Virus record (IMG/VR): IMGVR_UViG_3300045988_138743
Source: a virus
Length of the DNA: 35,847 nucleotides
Reading direction: 5' to 3' (one strand)
This document shows positions 1 to 8,533 of the stretch, one piece after another (within the stretch, counting starts at the first letter, position 1; every line of letters starts with the position of its first letter). The notes beneath the pieces are model-generated. The model was not told the DNA's origin, made no database searches, and was given only the letters and a program-made list of their open reading frames with translations. Both the position numbers and the translations under genes were made by a program.

Positions 1-55
1 TTCGATTTCTTCTTTTTCCTCTTCCTGGTCTGTGGCTGATTCTTTTTTGTGGCTT
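1..55. repeat. Terminal overlap, identical to 35793..35847 (circular closure)
   Basis: ttcgatttcttctttttcctcttcctggtctgtggctgattcttttttgtggctt occurs at both window ends. Confidence 0.9.
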
Positions 56-347
56 CTTTTTTTTTATATTTATCAACCTTTTTGCCGAATTCGTCAAACA
101 GCTCTCTTATGGCCTCTGGATCCATCGGTGTCAAAATGAGTGCTTCGTCTTCATCTACCTTTAGACCGTTAGACCGAAGAATAATATAAATCAGCTTTGC
201 GGCCGCTTCCATGTTCTCATCTTCTGATAGTGCCTCTTTATTGATTACTTTGTCTAATCCATGTTTCTGGATTAGATATAATGTCATAAAATTAACCTTA
301 ACCTCCAGCTTTGTGCCATCGGTTAAGGTTATGATTTTCTCGTCCAT
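1..347 (-). CDS. Tail assembly chaperone (gpG-like); 3' end wraps through the circular junction, with stop TAA at about 35789..35791
   Basis: ATG at 347, hand-translated MDEKIITLTDGTKLEVKVNFMTLYLIQKHGLDKV...KVDKYKKKEATKK. Sits between the major tail and tape measure genes. Not in the ORF track because it crosses the window edge. Confidence 0.75.
   Translation of the reverse strand, partial: MDEKIITLTDGTKLEVKVNFMTLYLIQKHGLDKVINKEALSEDENMEAAAKLIYIILRSNGLKVDEDEALILTPMDPEAIRELFDEFGKKVDKYKKKEATKKNQPQTRKRKKKKS
57..65 (-). promoter_or_regulatory. Slippery A9 run (T9 on plus strand) for -1 programmed ribosomal frameshift
   Basis: Frame 0 reads TAT AAA AAA AAA GAA. Slipping back 1 nt opens the long T-frame ORF. 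The 0 frame stops 23 codons later. Confidence 0.65.
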
Positions 348-350
348 AGG

Positions 351-983
351 TTAATTTTCCTTTGCTGTTGCTGTCAATACTGCTGCAAGATCTGCTTTGG
401 TCAGGATAGGCTTGCTGAAGAATTTATCCTCTGTAAGTCCTTCCGGTGCAGATGCATTCTCTACCCTTGCAACAATGTCTCCATCCTCATTGAATGGATA
501 TGCTTTGATTTTGATTGTATCTGTCTGCTCTTTTGCCTTCTCCTCAGCTGTTGATATATCATCAGAGTTTTCACTTAGCTTGCACTTTGGATACCAGTCG
601 TATCTATATCCGCCTTTTCTTAATTTGACCACCTTACCATAAGCAAAATATGGTCGTGGTCTGTTTCCACCTGAAAGAATAAGACCATCAGTATCAACAT
701 TGTCACCACGTAATTTTGCAAGTGTATCAGCCGGAAATGCAACAATTTCCACCTCGATATCTGTTGAAGTTGTTGTAATATCACTGTCATACACTGCTCC
801 TGACGCGTATGTATCAGTTGGTTCTCCATTTTCCGTGACTTTTACGCTTTTAACTACTTCTGTCTTCTCCACCTCTTCCGCAAATGTGGATGTCCACCTG
901 CCATCTGTATCCATTGTATTGAAGCACAGATACTGAGCTCCTACAGTCTCCTTCATTGGTGGTCTTTTAGTTTTAATTGCCAT
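351..983 (-). CDS. Major tail protein (phi13-like family)
   Basis: 210 aa, RBS aggagg upstream. Lies just upstream of the chaperone and tape measure genes. Sequence style matches Firmicutes siphovirus major tail proteins. Confidence 0.8.
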   Translation of the reverse strand: MAIKTKRPPMKETVGAQYLCFNTMDTDGRWTSTFAEEVEKTEVVKSVKVTENGEPTDTYASGAVYDSDITTTSTDIEVEIVAFPADTLAKLRGDNVDTDGLILSGGNRPRPYFAYGKVVKLRKGGYRYDWYPKCKLSENSDDISTAEEKAKEQTDTIKIKAYPFNEDGDIVARVENASAPEGLTEDKFFSKPILTKADLAAVLTATAKEN

Positions 984-997
984 AATTGCCTCCTGTT

Positions 998-1366
998 CTA
1001 TAAATCCAATGCTGCTATCATCTTTTTATAGTATCTTTCTTTGTTCTGTTCAAATAATGGTTTCAAGTGAGCTTTTGCGCTCATTTTTTTCGTGCCGTGC
1101 TCAAGCATCGGTCCGTAATACTTGCCCCATCCCACATCTATTCCTGTCTTATCACGCTTATAGCTAAATGAGTCAACCAGATGTGTATATCCCGGAGCTG
1201 TGACCTTTCTTCTTGGCTTCGGCAAGCGCAGCAGGTCGTTAACAAACTCCTTTGCTCCCTCCTCTATTGCATCCAGAGCGCTTTTTTCGTCCACTTTTGA
1301 AAGATAGCTTCCAAGCATATCCTGAAATTCTTCCATTCCGGAATCTTCAAATGTAATATCATTCAT
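998..1366 (-). CDS. HK97 gp10-family tail/neck component
   Basis: 122 aa with ...VDSFSYKRDKTGIDVGWGKYYGPMLEHGT..., typical of the gp10 family. Lies just upstream of the major tail gene. Confidence 0.7.
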   Translation of the reverse strand: MNDITFEDSGMEEFQDMLGSYLSKVDEKSALDAIEEGAKEFVNDLLRLPKPRRKVTAPGYTHLVDSFSYKRDKTGIDVGWGKYYGPMLEHGTKKMSAKAHLKPLFEQNKERYYKKMIAALDL

Positions 1367-1688
1367 TCATTGTCTCCAGCGAGAAATACGAATGCCAAAT
1401 TTTATCGTCTGTAATAAATTCATGCAGGATAGTTGGGTGTAGTCCCTTTTTGCGCATCATATCTCTCAGCATTATCAGCTTTTCATTTCTTGGTGTGCGA
1501 GAATAAAAGCTCACCTGCCATGTGATTTTATCTTCATAGTTGTCACCTGATGCCATCACATCATCCCATGCTATTTCCCAATAATCAATTCTCGGAAACT
1601 TCTTTCCATTATCAAGATCAGATATTCCTTCATTGACCGGACAGCCAGTGGCATGTAACATCTCACTGAGTTCCTGTTTCGTCATCAT
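1359..1688 (-). CDS. Neck / head-tail joining protein (hypothetical)
   Basis: ORF 1359..1703. The RBS gggagg favours the ATG at 1688 (MMTKQELSE). Assigned by synteny only. Confidence 0.5.
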   Translation of the reverse strand: MMTKQELSEMLHATGCPVNEGISDLDNGKKFPRIDYWEIAWDDVMASGDNYEDKITWQVSFYSRTPRNEKLIMLRDMMRKKGLHPTILHEFITDDKIWHSYFSLETMNE

Positions 1689-2028
1689 ATACCTCCCTGT
1701 CATATGCCGGAGTCTTAAGTGTCAGTTCTGTTTCTTTGAAACCGTCTTTAGTGGTCACGTGAGCCACATTGTATATCTCATGCTGTGCGCCATCTATTAC
1801 ACAGATACACTTGCTGTTGACCTGCTTATACTGTGGAATACTGATTTTCATTGTAACCTCTATTCCATCTGCCGACAGCTTAGCTCGTGTTGTATCAAAT
1901 ACAGAAAGCTCCCTGTACCAGATATGCATCCCGGTAGATCTTACTTTTTCCACCGGAAAGTCTTGTGAACAATCCTCCTCTATCCTGAGAAGTTCCAGCA
2001 CACCATCTGTATATTCAGGCATTGCCAT
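1663..2028 (-). CDS. Head closure / head-tail adaptor protein
   Basis: 121 aa. Lies between the gp6-like connector and the neck genes, with overlapping stop/start coupling. Confidence 0.65.
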   Translation of the reverse strand: MAMPEYTDGVLELLRIEEDCSQDFPVEKVRSTGMHIWYRELSVFDTTRAKLSADGIEVTMKISIPQYKQVNSKCICVIDGAQHEIYNVAHVTTKDGFKETELTLKTPAYDREVYDDETGTQ

Positions 2029-2305
2029 CCGCTTCCACCTCCGTTTCCATCTGCCACGTTAAAATCATACTTGAATAATTATCCATAAACTCACTGACTC
2101 TATGATGATATGCATAATACATGTAATTTTTAAGCAGCATCCTGTATGTCAGATCTGTTGTGATATTGCAGCCGGGATTTAAGCTCCCGACTGTACATTC
2201 ACCCTCTCTTGCAAGATTTGCAAGCTGACTGTCTTCGTAATATGGCGGAATCTGGAATTCTGCCCTCATCTCTGATACCAGTGCTGTCAGTTCTGTGTTC
2301 TCCAT
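2015..2305 (-). CDS. gp6-like head-tail connector (DNA packaging) protein
   Basis: 96 aa. First gene after the major capsid gene, a typical size and position. Confidence 0.65.
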   Translation of the reverse strand: MENTELTALVSEMRAEFQIPPYYEDSQLANLAREGECTVGSLNPGCNITTDLTYRMLLKNYMYYAYHHRVSEFMDNYSSMILTWQMETEVEADGNA

Positions 2306-2323
2306 ATTACTGCCTCTCTTTTA

Positions 2324-3478
2324 TTATTCCTGTCCAGCCTGAACGATTGTAGCCTGTGTTACAGGGAGCACATACTCCTCCAGCTTAGTTACATCAAAGA
2401 TAACTGCAACATTGTCATCTACGGCACGGCCGTTTGCATAACATGATGCGATAATGAGATCTGCATTTTCCATAGCCTTTGTCTGGTCATACTCATTGAC
2501 TCTCACACCTGTTGTTCCCATAGTGTAGTATCCTGCAATTGTAAATGCAGCCTTACCCTTCGGACAATTTGCATCTACGATTTTCTCGATGTCAATGAAT
2601 GACTTGTTGACATAGCCGCCTGTCAGAGCCTCTCCATACATGCATGGATCCACATATTCTGCCTCGTCTGACGGATTACAGATAAGATACAGCTTGTCTA
2701 CAACACGCTTACCATTATTGGTAAGAGTCTTTCTCACATCTGAAAGTCCTTTAGGGCTGAATTTTGTGATGTTTGTCACAACCGTCTTAGCCTTGTTGGT
2801 ACCATCGCTGTTGGATGTTCCAATCTGGCGGAAAATACCAATCGGTCCTGTCTTTCCATCTCCATCAAGATATCCCTTTACAAGACCATCCTGCATAGCT
2901 TCAGACAGAATTGCCATAAAATAACGGTCAACAAACTCAAGCGAAAGCTCTCTGATTGCCTTTGGAATAACTAAGTAAGCGGTGAGCATGTGAAGGTCAA
3001 TGTTAAGTGCTGAAATCTCTGTGCTCAGCTCACCCTTAACTGAGTCTGTTAGAGCTCCCCATACTGCTGCACCTGTATGTGATGCAACGATCCACTTCTT
3101 GACATTGGCAGGTGCCATGTTGACAAGATTAAGGATTGGTGATGCTTTCTTGACATCATCAAGTGTTCTGTCAATGATTTCAGTCGGAATGATATCAATC
3201 TGATTGGCCGTGATTGACTGCTTGATATCCTTGAAGCCTTCATAGAATTTCTTTTCTTCCTGTGAAAGATTCCTGAGTCCAAGCTGCTTCTTGAAGTCGG
3301 CATCATGGCTGGCTCTTTCTGCCTCAGCAACAACCTGATTTACTAAGTCCTCATGCGCTGCCTCCTGGATCATCTCAATAGACTGCATGATAGCTTCAGC
3401 TTTCTTCTCTGCCGGAGCATCATTGAGTAACTGCATTACTTTTTCCTGAACTTCTTTGTTGATAGATTCAATCTTCAT
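2324..3478 (-). CDS. Major capsid protein, HK97 family
   Basis: ORF 2324..3511. The RBS aaggagg favours the ATG at 3478 (MKIESINKEV). A coiled N-terminal delta-like region is followed by the capsid fold region. Lies after the ClpP-like protease. Confidence 0.9.
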   Translation of the reverse strand: MKIESINKEVQEKVMQLLNDAPAEKKAEAIMQSIEMIQEAAHEDLVNQVVAEAERASHDADFKKQLGLRNLSQEEKKFYEGFKDIKQSITANQIDIIPTEIIDRTLDDVKKASPILNLVNMAPANVKKWIVASHTGAAVWGALTDSVKGELSTEISALNIDLHMLTAYLVIPKAIRELSLEFVDRYFMAILSEAMQDGLVKGYLDGDGKTGPIGIFRQIGTSNSDGTNKAKTVVTNITKFSPKGLSDVRKTLTNNGKRVVDKLYLICNPSDEAEYVDPCMYGEALTGGYVNKSFIDIEKIVDANCPKGKAAFTIAGYYTMGTTGVRVNEYDQTKAMENADLIIASCYANGRAVDDNVAVIFDVTKLEEYVLPVTQATIVQAGQE

Positions 3479-3489
3479 TGTTTTCCTCC

Positions 3490-4248
3490 TTAATTGAAAA
3501 ATGAGCCCCAATCGTTGCTCTTAGGTTTATCTGCTTCTTTATGTGTCAACTGATAAAATTCAGCTAACTGCCTCTCATGTTCGCTCTTGTTACAGAGCTG
3601 TTTCTTCAGCGCCTCATTCTCTTTAAGCACCTGCTGCAAAGTGGAATTATCCGGATTTTCCGGTTTATCAAGATTTTCCAGTCCAATTTCATCGATGAAA
3701 CCATACTCTAATGCCTTCTGTGGTGACAATGTGGTCTCCTTGTGCATCATTTCACGGACTTCATCCTCTGAAATCTTTGCACGCTGCATAAATAAAGCTA
3801 TGCAGCTCTCCATTGCAACATCCAGATTATCTGCCTCTGCCCTTAAATCTGCTGCATTTCCTGTTACTGTTTCCCACATATCATGAATAATGGCCGTGGT
3901 GCCCTGTCCCATTATTCGTTTGTCACACGCCTGTAAAATTGTGAATGCAATAGAATGACACACTCCCATTACTATTCCGGTCTTGTATGAACCATGCTGC
4001 TTGAGCATATTATAAATCGCAGTGCCCTGATCAACGCTTCCGCCGTTCGAATTAAAGTAAATCTTAATCTCATCTGTCTCCGGAATGGCGTCCAAAAGTT
4101 CTTTAAAATGCTTTGCAGATGTTTCAGAATCTTCATACTGCCATGTTTCCCAGTTAAAAGGACCTGTCTTTTTGATTTCGTCATATATGTAAATTTCATG
4201 AACATTGTCCTGCTGCTGGAATCTGTAAATTACATTTTCGTTCTTCAT
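3490..4248 (-). CDS. Prohead maturation protease, ClpP (S14) family
   Basis: Motif YFNSNGGSVDQGTAIYNMLK plus Ser/His context GVCHSIAF ... IIHDMW. Lies between portal and capsid genes. Confidence 0.88.
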   Translation of the reverse strand: MKNENVIYRFQQQDNVHEIYIYDEIKKTGPFNWETWQYEDSETSAKHFKELLDAIPETDEIKIYFNSNGGSVDQGTAIYNMLKQHGSYKTGIVMGVCHSIAFTILQACDKRIMGQGTTAIIHDMWETVTGNAADLRAEADNLDVAMESCIALFMQRAKISEDEVREMMHKETTLSPQKALEYGFIDEIGLENLDKPENPDNSTLQQVLKENEALKKQLCNKSEHERQLAEFYQLTHKEADKPKSNDWGSFFN

Positions 4249-4313
4249 AATTCTGTTCCTTTCTCTTGATTACTGTTTAACGGACAGCTCCGAGATATCC
4301 GGATCACCTCCAT

Positions 4314-5471
4314 CTAATCACTTTTAATTGATGTGCCATTGTCACCCTCCTCTCCATAATTTTTAGTCAATGCTCTTGCATTAGAGAACTCAGTGTTAAG
4401 CAAAGGATATCCCACCATTGCTCTGATTTCGTCATACGAGAAGCCAATTCCACGAAGCTTATCAAGATTAACTGCACTATCCACCACATCAACATGTTTA
4501 AAACGTGCCAGCCATACCATTACCTTTTCATTTTTCCTGCTGTAATCATCTTCACCGACTATGTAGGCAGTCAGCGTATCGTTTATAACTTCCGCAACCG
4601 GGCCGACAGCATAGGTGATAAATTCATTGGTGGCATCTGACTGCTCTGTGATATTGCCATTAAATACTGCTTCCGGAATGTCAAAGGCATTGGCTGCTTC
4701 GTTGTTTATGGCCAAGGCAACCTTGGCAAGCTCCTCCGCTTTTGCGCTCGCATTTATCTGTATATTTTCAAGTGAGACACCTTCCGACTCTGTCATTACC
4801 GTCAGATCTTCGCTCTCAAGCAGTCTCTTGATTTTCTCCGCATACATGTCCTTGGTGACTATCTTGTCAGTTCCATCAGCCTGCTTTTCCCTGAAGGACT
4901 GTGCTGTACCCAGCTTCAGTTTAAATTTTGGCTGATTGGATAGACGAATCATGTAATTGATTGCATTGAGCGTATTGTTGTATTGATTCACAACGGACTC
5001 CAGGTACACTCTTATCTTTGCATTGTCGTACCGTAAGTGGATCACCTCTGATGACATAAATTTTTTGTATAAACCATACTGTTCCCCTGCACATTCAAGC
5101 GTTATGTTGCTGTATATGCGCTCTGACAGCACACTGTTTGACACCTGCCATGCAGACGCTTTGTAATATTTGCCGTTCATTGGGATGATAAGTGCTTCCT
5201 GTGTCCATAACAGTTCTCTTATAATCCTTGTCCAGAAATAAGTTCCACACTCATGGTCATTTGGCATTACATTGAGTCTGTACTCTATACTGCTTTTCTG
5301 TTTGCTGTCTGTCTGGACTATTATGTCAGACTTTGCAATTGCCCTTGCAATCATCATCACAGCTTTTTCAATTGCCAGCTTTGACAGATTAAGCTTTTCC
5401 AAGTCAAGCGTAATAATCTCTGCCATAGACTGCATCTCTTTATTCTTTTTTTGAAACAGGAAATCAAACAT
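4314..5471 (-). CDS. Portal protein, HK97 family
   Basis: 385 aa, RBS aggagg, immediately downstream of the large terminase gene. Confidence 0.88.
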   Translation of the reverse strand: MFDFLFQKKNKEMQSMAEIITLDLEKLNLSKLAIEKAVMMIARAIAKSDIIVQTDSKQKSSIEYRLNVMPNDHECGTYFWTRIIRELLWTQEALIIPMNGKYYKASAWQVSNSVLSERIYSNITLECAGEQYGLYKKFMSSEVIHLRYDNAKIRVYLESVVNQYNNTLNAINYMIRLSNQPKFKLKLGTAQSFREKQADGTDKIVTKDMYAEKIKRLLESEDLTVMTESEGVSLENIQINASAKAEELAKVALAINNEAANAFDIPEAVFNGNITEQSDATNEFITYAVGPVAEVINDTLTAYIVGEDDYSRKNEKVMVWLARFKHVDVVDSAVNLDKLRGIGFSYDEIRAMVGYPLLNTEFSNARALTKNYGEEGDNGTSIKSD

Positions 5472-5480
5472 TGCTGCCTC

Positions 5481-7154
5481 CTAAATGTATATTATTTGAA
5501 CCTCCAGCTCATCCTTGCAGAACATTGCTACATCGAAAGCCATGAACCCATCATTTTTTCTAAGCTTCGGTTCTACCTTTCCAAACATCTTATTGCCATA
5601 TTTATCTTCGGTAACACTTGTGTTGTTGGTGTACCAACGCATTATTGCTGATGCTCCAAAATTAATCATGCCCTGACTGAACATGGATTGGATAAATGGT
5701 GCAATTATTCCGGTTGCGGATGTAATCTTCCGGATCAGCCGGACTACACCGTTCGGATTCTTACGATCCTCAATTGTAAGGCCCCGTTCCTCGAATGCCA
5801 TCTTAAACAGAGTGTAACGGTATGTATCCATTGCTATCTTCTTGACATCATATTCGGCACATCTTTCCATGCACCAATCAACTATGCTATTAACATCGAT
5901 TACAGGTCCCGGTACCACCTCGAAATCATTAAATTCGGTCTGTCCTATGTTCTTAAGCGGGAACTTGATGGAGTCTAAAAAAGGCGATTCCGCACAAATC
6001 CATGTGTGCTGTCGCCATATATATTCTCCTGATTCAGTTTTTGTCAAAACTCCCGCCGATGCAAAGTCCCTTATGTCAGCATAATCGATTCCAATTATAG
6101 CCGGCTGCCCTTTTGTATCGATTGTCATTCTTGGCTTTTTCAGTTCTAATTCCTCTGTCGTGTTGCCCTCATAACATGCACGCAGTACATTCAGCCATGT
6201 TGTGACCGTTTCCTCTTCTCTTCTGGCAGCCTTGTCCATACGCTTAGTGATAAATTCCGGTCTCTTTGACGGTATCTTTTTCATTTCAAGATAATCGTGC
6301 ATTATCTGATTGGCCAGAATCGGCATATACTCCATTGATGGATTGGCTTTGTGCCATGCATCAGGAATATCAACTTCTTTCATGCTGTCAATTTCGCAGA
6401 TGAATGGATAATATCCCAGTGGATTTTCACCGGTCTCAAGGATTTCAGCGCACATTGATGAAATCTCATCCAACGGACCGTCTCTGACGTAGCCGTCTGT
6501 GGTAATAATAAACTCTCTGGAATGTTTAACTTTTCCGAATGAAGACTCAAACACATTTATCTGATCATAATTCTCGTAAGCATGAATCTCATTGAGCACC
6601 AGGCATCCGGTTCGCTTGCCGTCTTTGGTTTTGGCATTTGAAGTGTTATATTTCATTTCAGAGCCTGTTGCAAGGTTCGTAATCAGCTCCTTTGTTACTG
6701 AAAATTTTCCTTTGAACTTTGCATTTTCGTGGAGCATGTCATAGGCAACCTTGAAAGTGTCCTTGACCTGGTCTTCTGAATTGGCCACAATCTCAACATG
6801 ATAATTTTTGACACCATACAGAGGTGTCTGCATAAAATTTGCCAAGGGAACAATGAAGCCGTCCTTTCCGTTTCCACGTCCTTCTTTGATGAAAAACTTT
6901 GGGAATACCGGAATATCGTCTTTGTACATGAATACAAACGCGTATATGAACTTCTGGTATGGAAAAAGCTCATAATAATTTACTTTGCAGTATTCGAGAC
7001 AATTCTCATAGGTCTCTTTATCGAAAAAAATATCATTTCGCTTAAGTAATGGCTTTACAATGTTCTTGATAAGCTGTTTTCGCTTTTTGTTTATCCACTT
7101 CGGATGTTCTTTGACATATTTGAGATAATCATCAATTTCCTTACAGATAACCAT
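5481..7154 (-). CDS. terL: Terminase large subunit
   Basis: 557 aa. Walker A-like KEGRGNGKDGF and a C-terminal nuclease-like region. Overlaps the terS stop. Confidence 0.92.
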   Translation of the reverse strand: MVICKEIDDYLKYVKEHPKWINKKRKQLIKNIVKPLLKRNDIFFDKETYENCLEYCKVNYYELFPYQKFIYAFVFMYKDDIPVFPKFFIKEGRGNGKDGFIVPLANFMQTPLYGVKNYHVEIVANSEDQVKDTFKVAYDMLHENAKFKGKFSVTKELITNLATGSEMKYNTSNAKTKDGKRTGCLVLNEIHAYENYDQINVFESSFGKVKHSREFIITTDGYVRDGPLDEISSMCAEILETGENPLGYYPFICEIDSMKEVDIPDAWHKANPSMEYMPILANQIMHDYLEMKKIPSKRPEFITKRMDKAARREEETVTTWLNVLRACYEGNTTEELELKKPRMTIDTKGQPAIIGIDYADIRDFASAGVLTKTESGEYIWRQHTWICAESPFLDSIKFPLKNIGQTEFNDFEVVPGPVIDVNSIVDWCMERCAEYDVKKIAMDTYRYTLFKMAFEERGLTIEDRKNPNGVVRLIRKITSATGIIAPFIQSMFSQGMINFGASAIMRWYTNNTSVTEDKYGNKMFGKVEPKLRKNDGFMAFDVAMFCKDELEVQIIYI

Positions 7155-7476
7155 CTGTTGCTTTTTCCGGTTCAGGTACCGGATCCTTGAGTCTCAGATC
7201 AGCTAAAATCTTGAGCATAGTTGCTGTGGTTTTTTGCAGATTGACAACAGAATCATTTGCTTTCTCGACTTCAACTCCGTTTCCGTTAATAGTCTTGTAT
7301 CTGAGCCCTTTGGACTTGATGTCACTAATCAGCTTCTTTTTCAGTGACCAATAATATACATAATCGTCAATCATATCTTTGTAAAACTCTGCATTCATTC
7401 CCCGAAGCTCCAACTGCTTGACCAGAGAATCTCTTATTTCCGTTTTTGTCAATCCGCTCACCTCCCTTTTTCTCAA
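7141..7476 (-). CDS. terS: Terminase small subunit, P27 family
   Basis: Sequence ...YVYYWSLKKKLISDIKSKGLRYKTINGNGVEVEKANDSVVNLQKTTATMLKIL... The RBS gggagg favours the TTG start at 7452 rather than 7476. Confidence 0.8.
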   Translation of the reverse strand: MRKREVSGLTKTEIRDSLVKQLELRGMNAEFYKDMIDDYVYYWSLKKKLISDIKSKGLRYKTINGNGVEVEKANDSVVNLQKTTATMLKILADLRLKDPVPEPEKATDGYL

Positions 7477-7694
7477 AATATGTCTGTTTTTTGTGTATAA
7501 TTTGCATATTTTTTAACGGTTTTCATTAAAAAAATAACTGTATTTTTGTGTTCTTCAAAAAAATTCTTCTTAAAGTAATTTTTGAAATTGGTACCCCTTG
7601 CCCTTTTCACGCGAGATTTCAAAATTTTTCCGGAGTCATGCCCACATGCCCGTTCGCCATTCGCGAAAATTTCACAAAAATTGACCGGGGGGTA
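7477..7694. other. Putative cos / packaging initiation region
   Basis: Non-coding gap between the HNH and terS genes. A GC-rich island (ggtaccccttgccc, ccggagtcatgcccacatgcccgttcgcc, gaccggggggt) sits in an AT-rich background. It has two imperfect direct repeats: cgcgagatttcaaaattttt (about 7610) and cgcgaaaatttcacaaaaatt (about 7662). Confidence 0.45.
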
Positions 7695-8027
7695 TTACCA
7701 ACGCTCCCGGCTCACAAGTTTCTTTTTTCTTTTAAACTTGTGAGGCACTCTGCCATGTCTGATGTTGTGACAACGAACGCACAGACTAATAAGATTATCA
7801 TTATCCAGTGCAAGCTCCGGATGCTCCTTCAGTTCCTGTATGTGATGTACCTGCTCCGCCCTTGCTATCTTCTTTTCTTTCTCCGGCAGCCATTTTCCTT
7901 CTGCCACAGCCTTTTGGATTCTTGCCCTGCAGTCCTGACACTCAAAGCGATCCCGCTTTAATATCTCTATTCTTTTAGTTTGCCATGCCTTACTGTCATA
8001 AAACTTCTTTGCTTCTGTATCTGTCAT
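7695..8027 (-). CDS. HNH endonuclease (terminase-associated)
   Basis: Motifs CQDC ... VHHIQELKEHPELALDNDNLISLCVRCHNIRHG. Position upstream of terS is typical of HNH-dependent cos phages. Confidence 0.88.
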   Translation of the reverse strand: MTDTEAKKFYDSKAWQTKRIEILKRDRFECQDCRARIQKAVAEGKWLPEKEKKIARAEQVHHIQELKEHPELALDNDNLISLCVRCHNIRHGRVPHKFKRKKKLVSRERW

Positions 8028-8091
8028 TATTCCAAAATAAAAAGGACCAGCCCTTTTGCCAATCCTTTATGCTTACACTATATCACACCTT

Positions 8092-8109
8092 AAACGGACA
8101 AAACGGACA
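8092..8109. repeat. Perfect tandem 9-mer AAACGGACA x2
   Basis: 8092..8100 and 8101..8109. Lies between the late-activator gene stop and the HNH gene. Confidence 0.8.
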
Positions 8110-8112
8110 ACT

Positions 8113-8523
8113 TTATTTATTTTCTTTCTGAGACTGCTGCAGATATCTGTCATGTTGCTTTCGCGCGCTCTCGGCTGTAATACCTATCTTCTGTGCCACT
8201 GTGTTCCAAGAATAGCACCTGACATGACGATACAGCATAATCTGTCGAATGACTGTGTCATCTATTGATATAATCCATGAGATAATTCTGTCCTGCTGCT
8301 GATTGAGCTGTCTCTTCTTGACTTCAATCAGCTCTCTTACACTCACAGCCTCAATTGCCAAGTCTGCCATCCGGTCACTGCTTCCAGTGCCCGGAGTGAA
8401 TGGCAAGCCTGTAATCTGCATCGCTTTTCCTTCTGCTTTGCTTTCAATCAGCTCCAGTTCTTCTTTCCACATCTTGATTTCTTTTTTGATGTAATATACG
8501 CTTGTTAATTCTTCCTTCGTCAT
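8113..8523 (-). CDS. Putative late-gene transcriptional activator (sigma-70 region-4-like HTH; DUF1492/ArpU-like)
   Basis: 136 aa with ...GLPFTPGTGSSDRMADLAIE... and a C-terminal HTH-like WNTVAQKIGITAESARKQHDRYL. Lies directly upstream of the packaging module. Confidence 0.5.
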   Translation of the reverse strand: MTKEELTSVYYIKKEIKMWKEELELIESKAEGKAMQITGLPFTPGTGSSDRMADLAIEAVSVRELIEVKKRQLNQQQDRIISWIISIDDTVIRQIMLYRHVRCYSWNTVAQKIGITAESARKQHDRYLQQSQKENK

Positions 8524-8533
8524 TTGTCACTCC

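Noticed and set aside
1-55. The 55-bp identical ends read as biological direct terminal repeats of the virion DNA
   Set aside because: The repeat lies inside the tail chaperone coding sequence and is exactly one short overlap long. It is most simply an assembly overlap from closing a circular contig. The HNH/terS layout points to cos ends near 7.5 kb instead.
7548-7961. 137-aa plus-strand ORF spanning the cos gap and the HNH gene
   Set aside because: Runs through the non-coding GC/AT mosaic and antisense to the HNH gene. No RBS.
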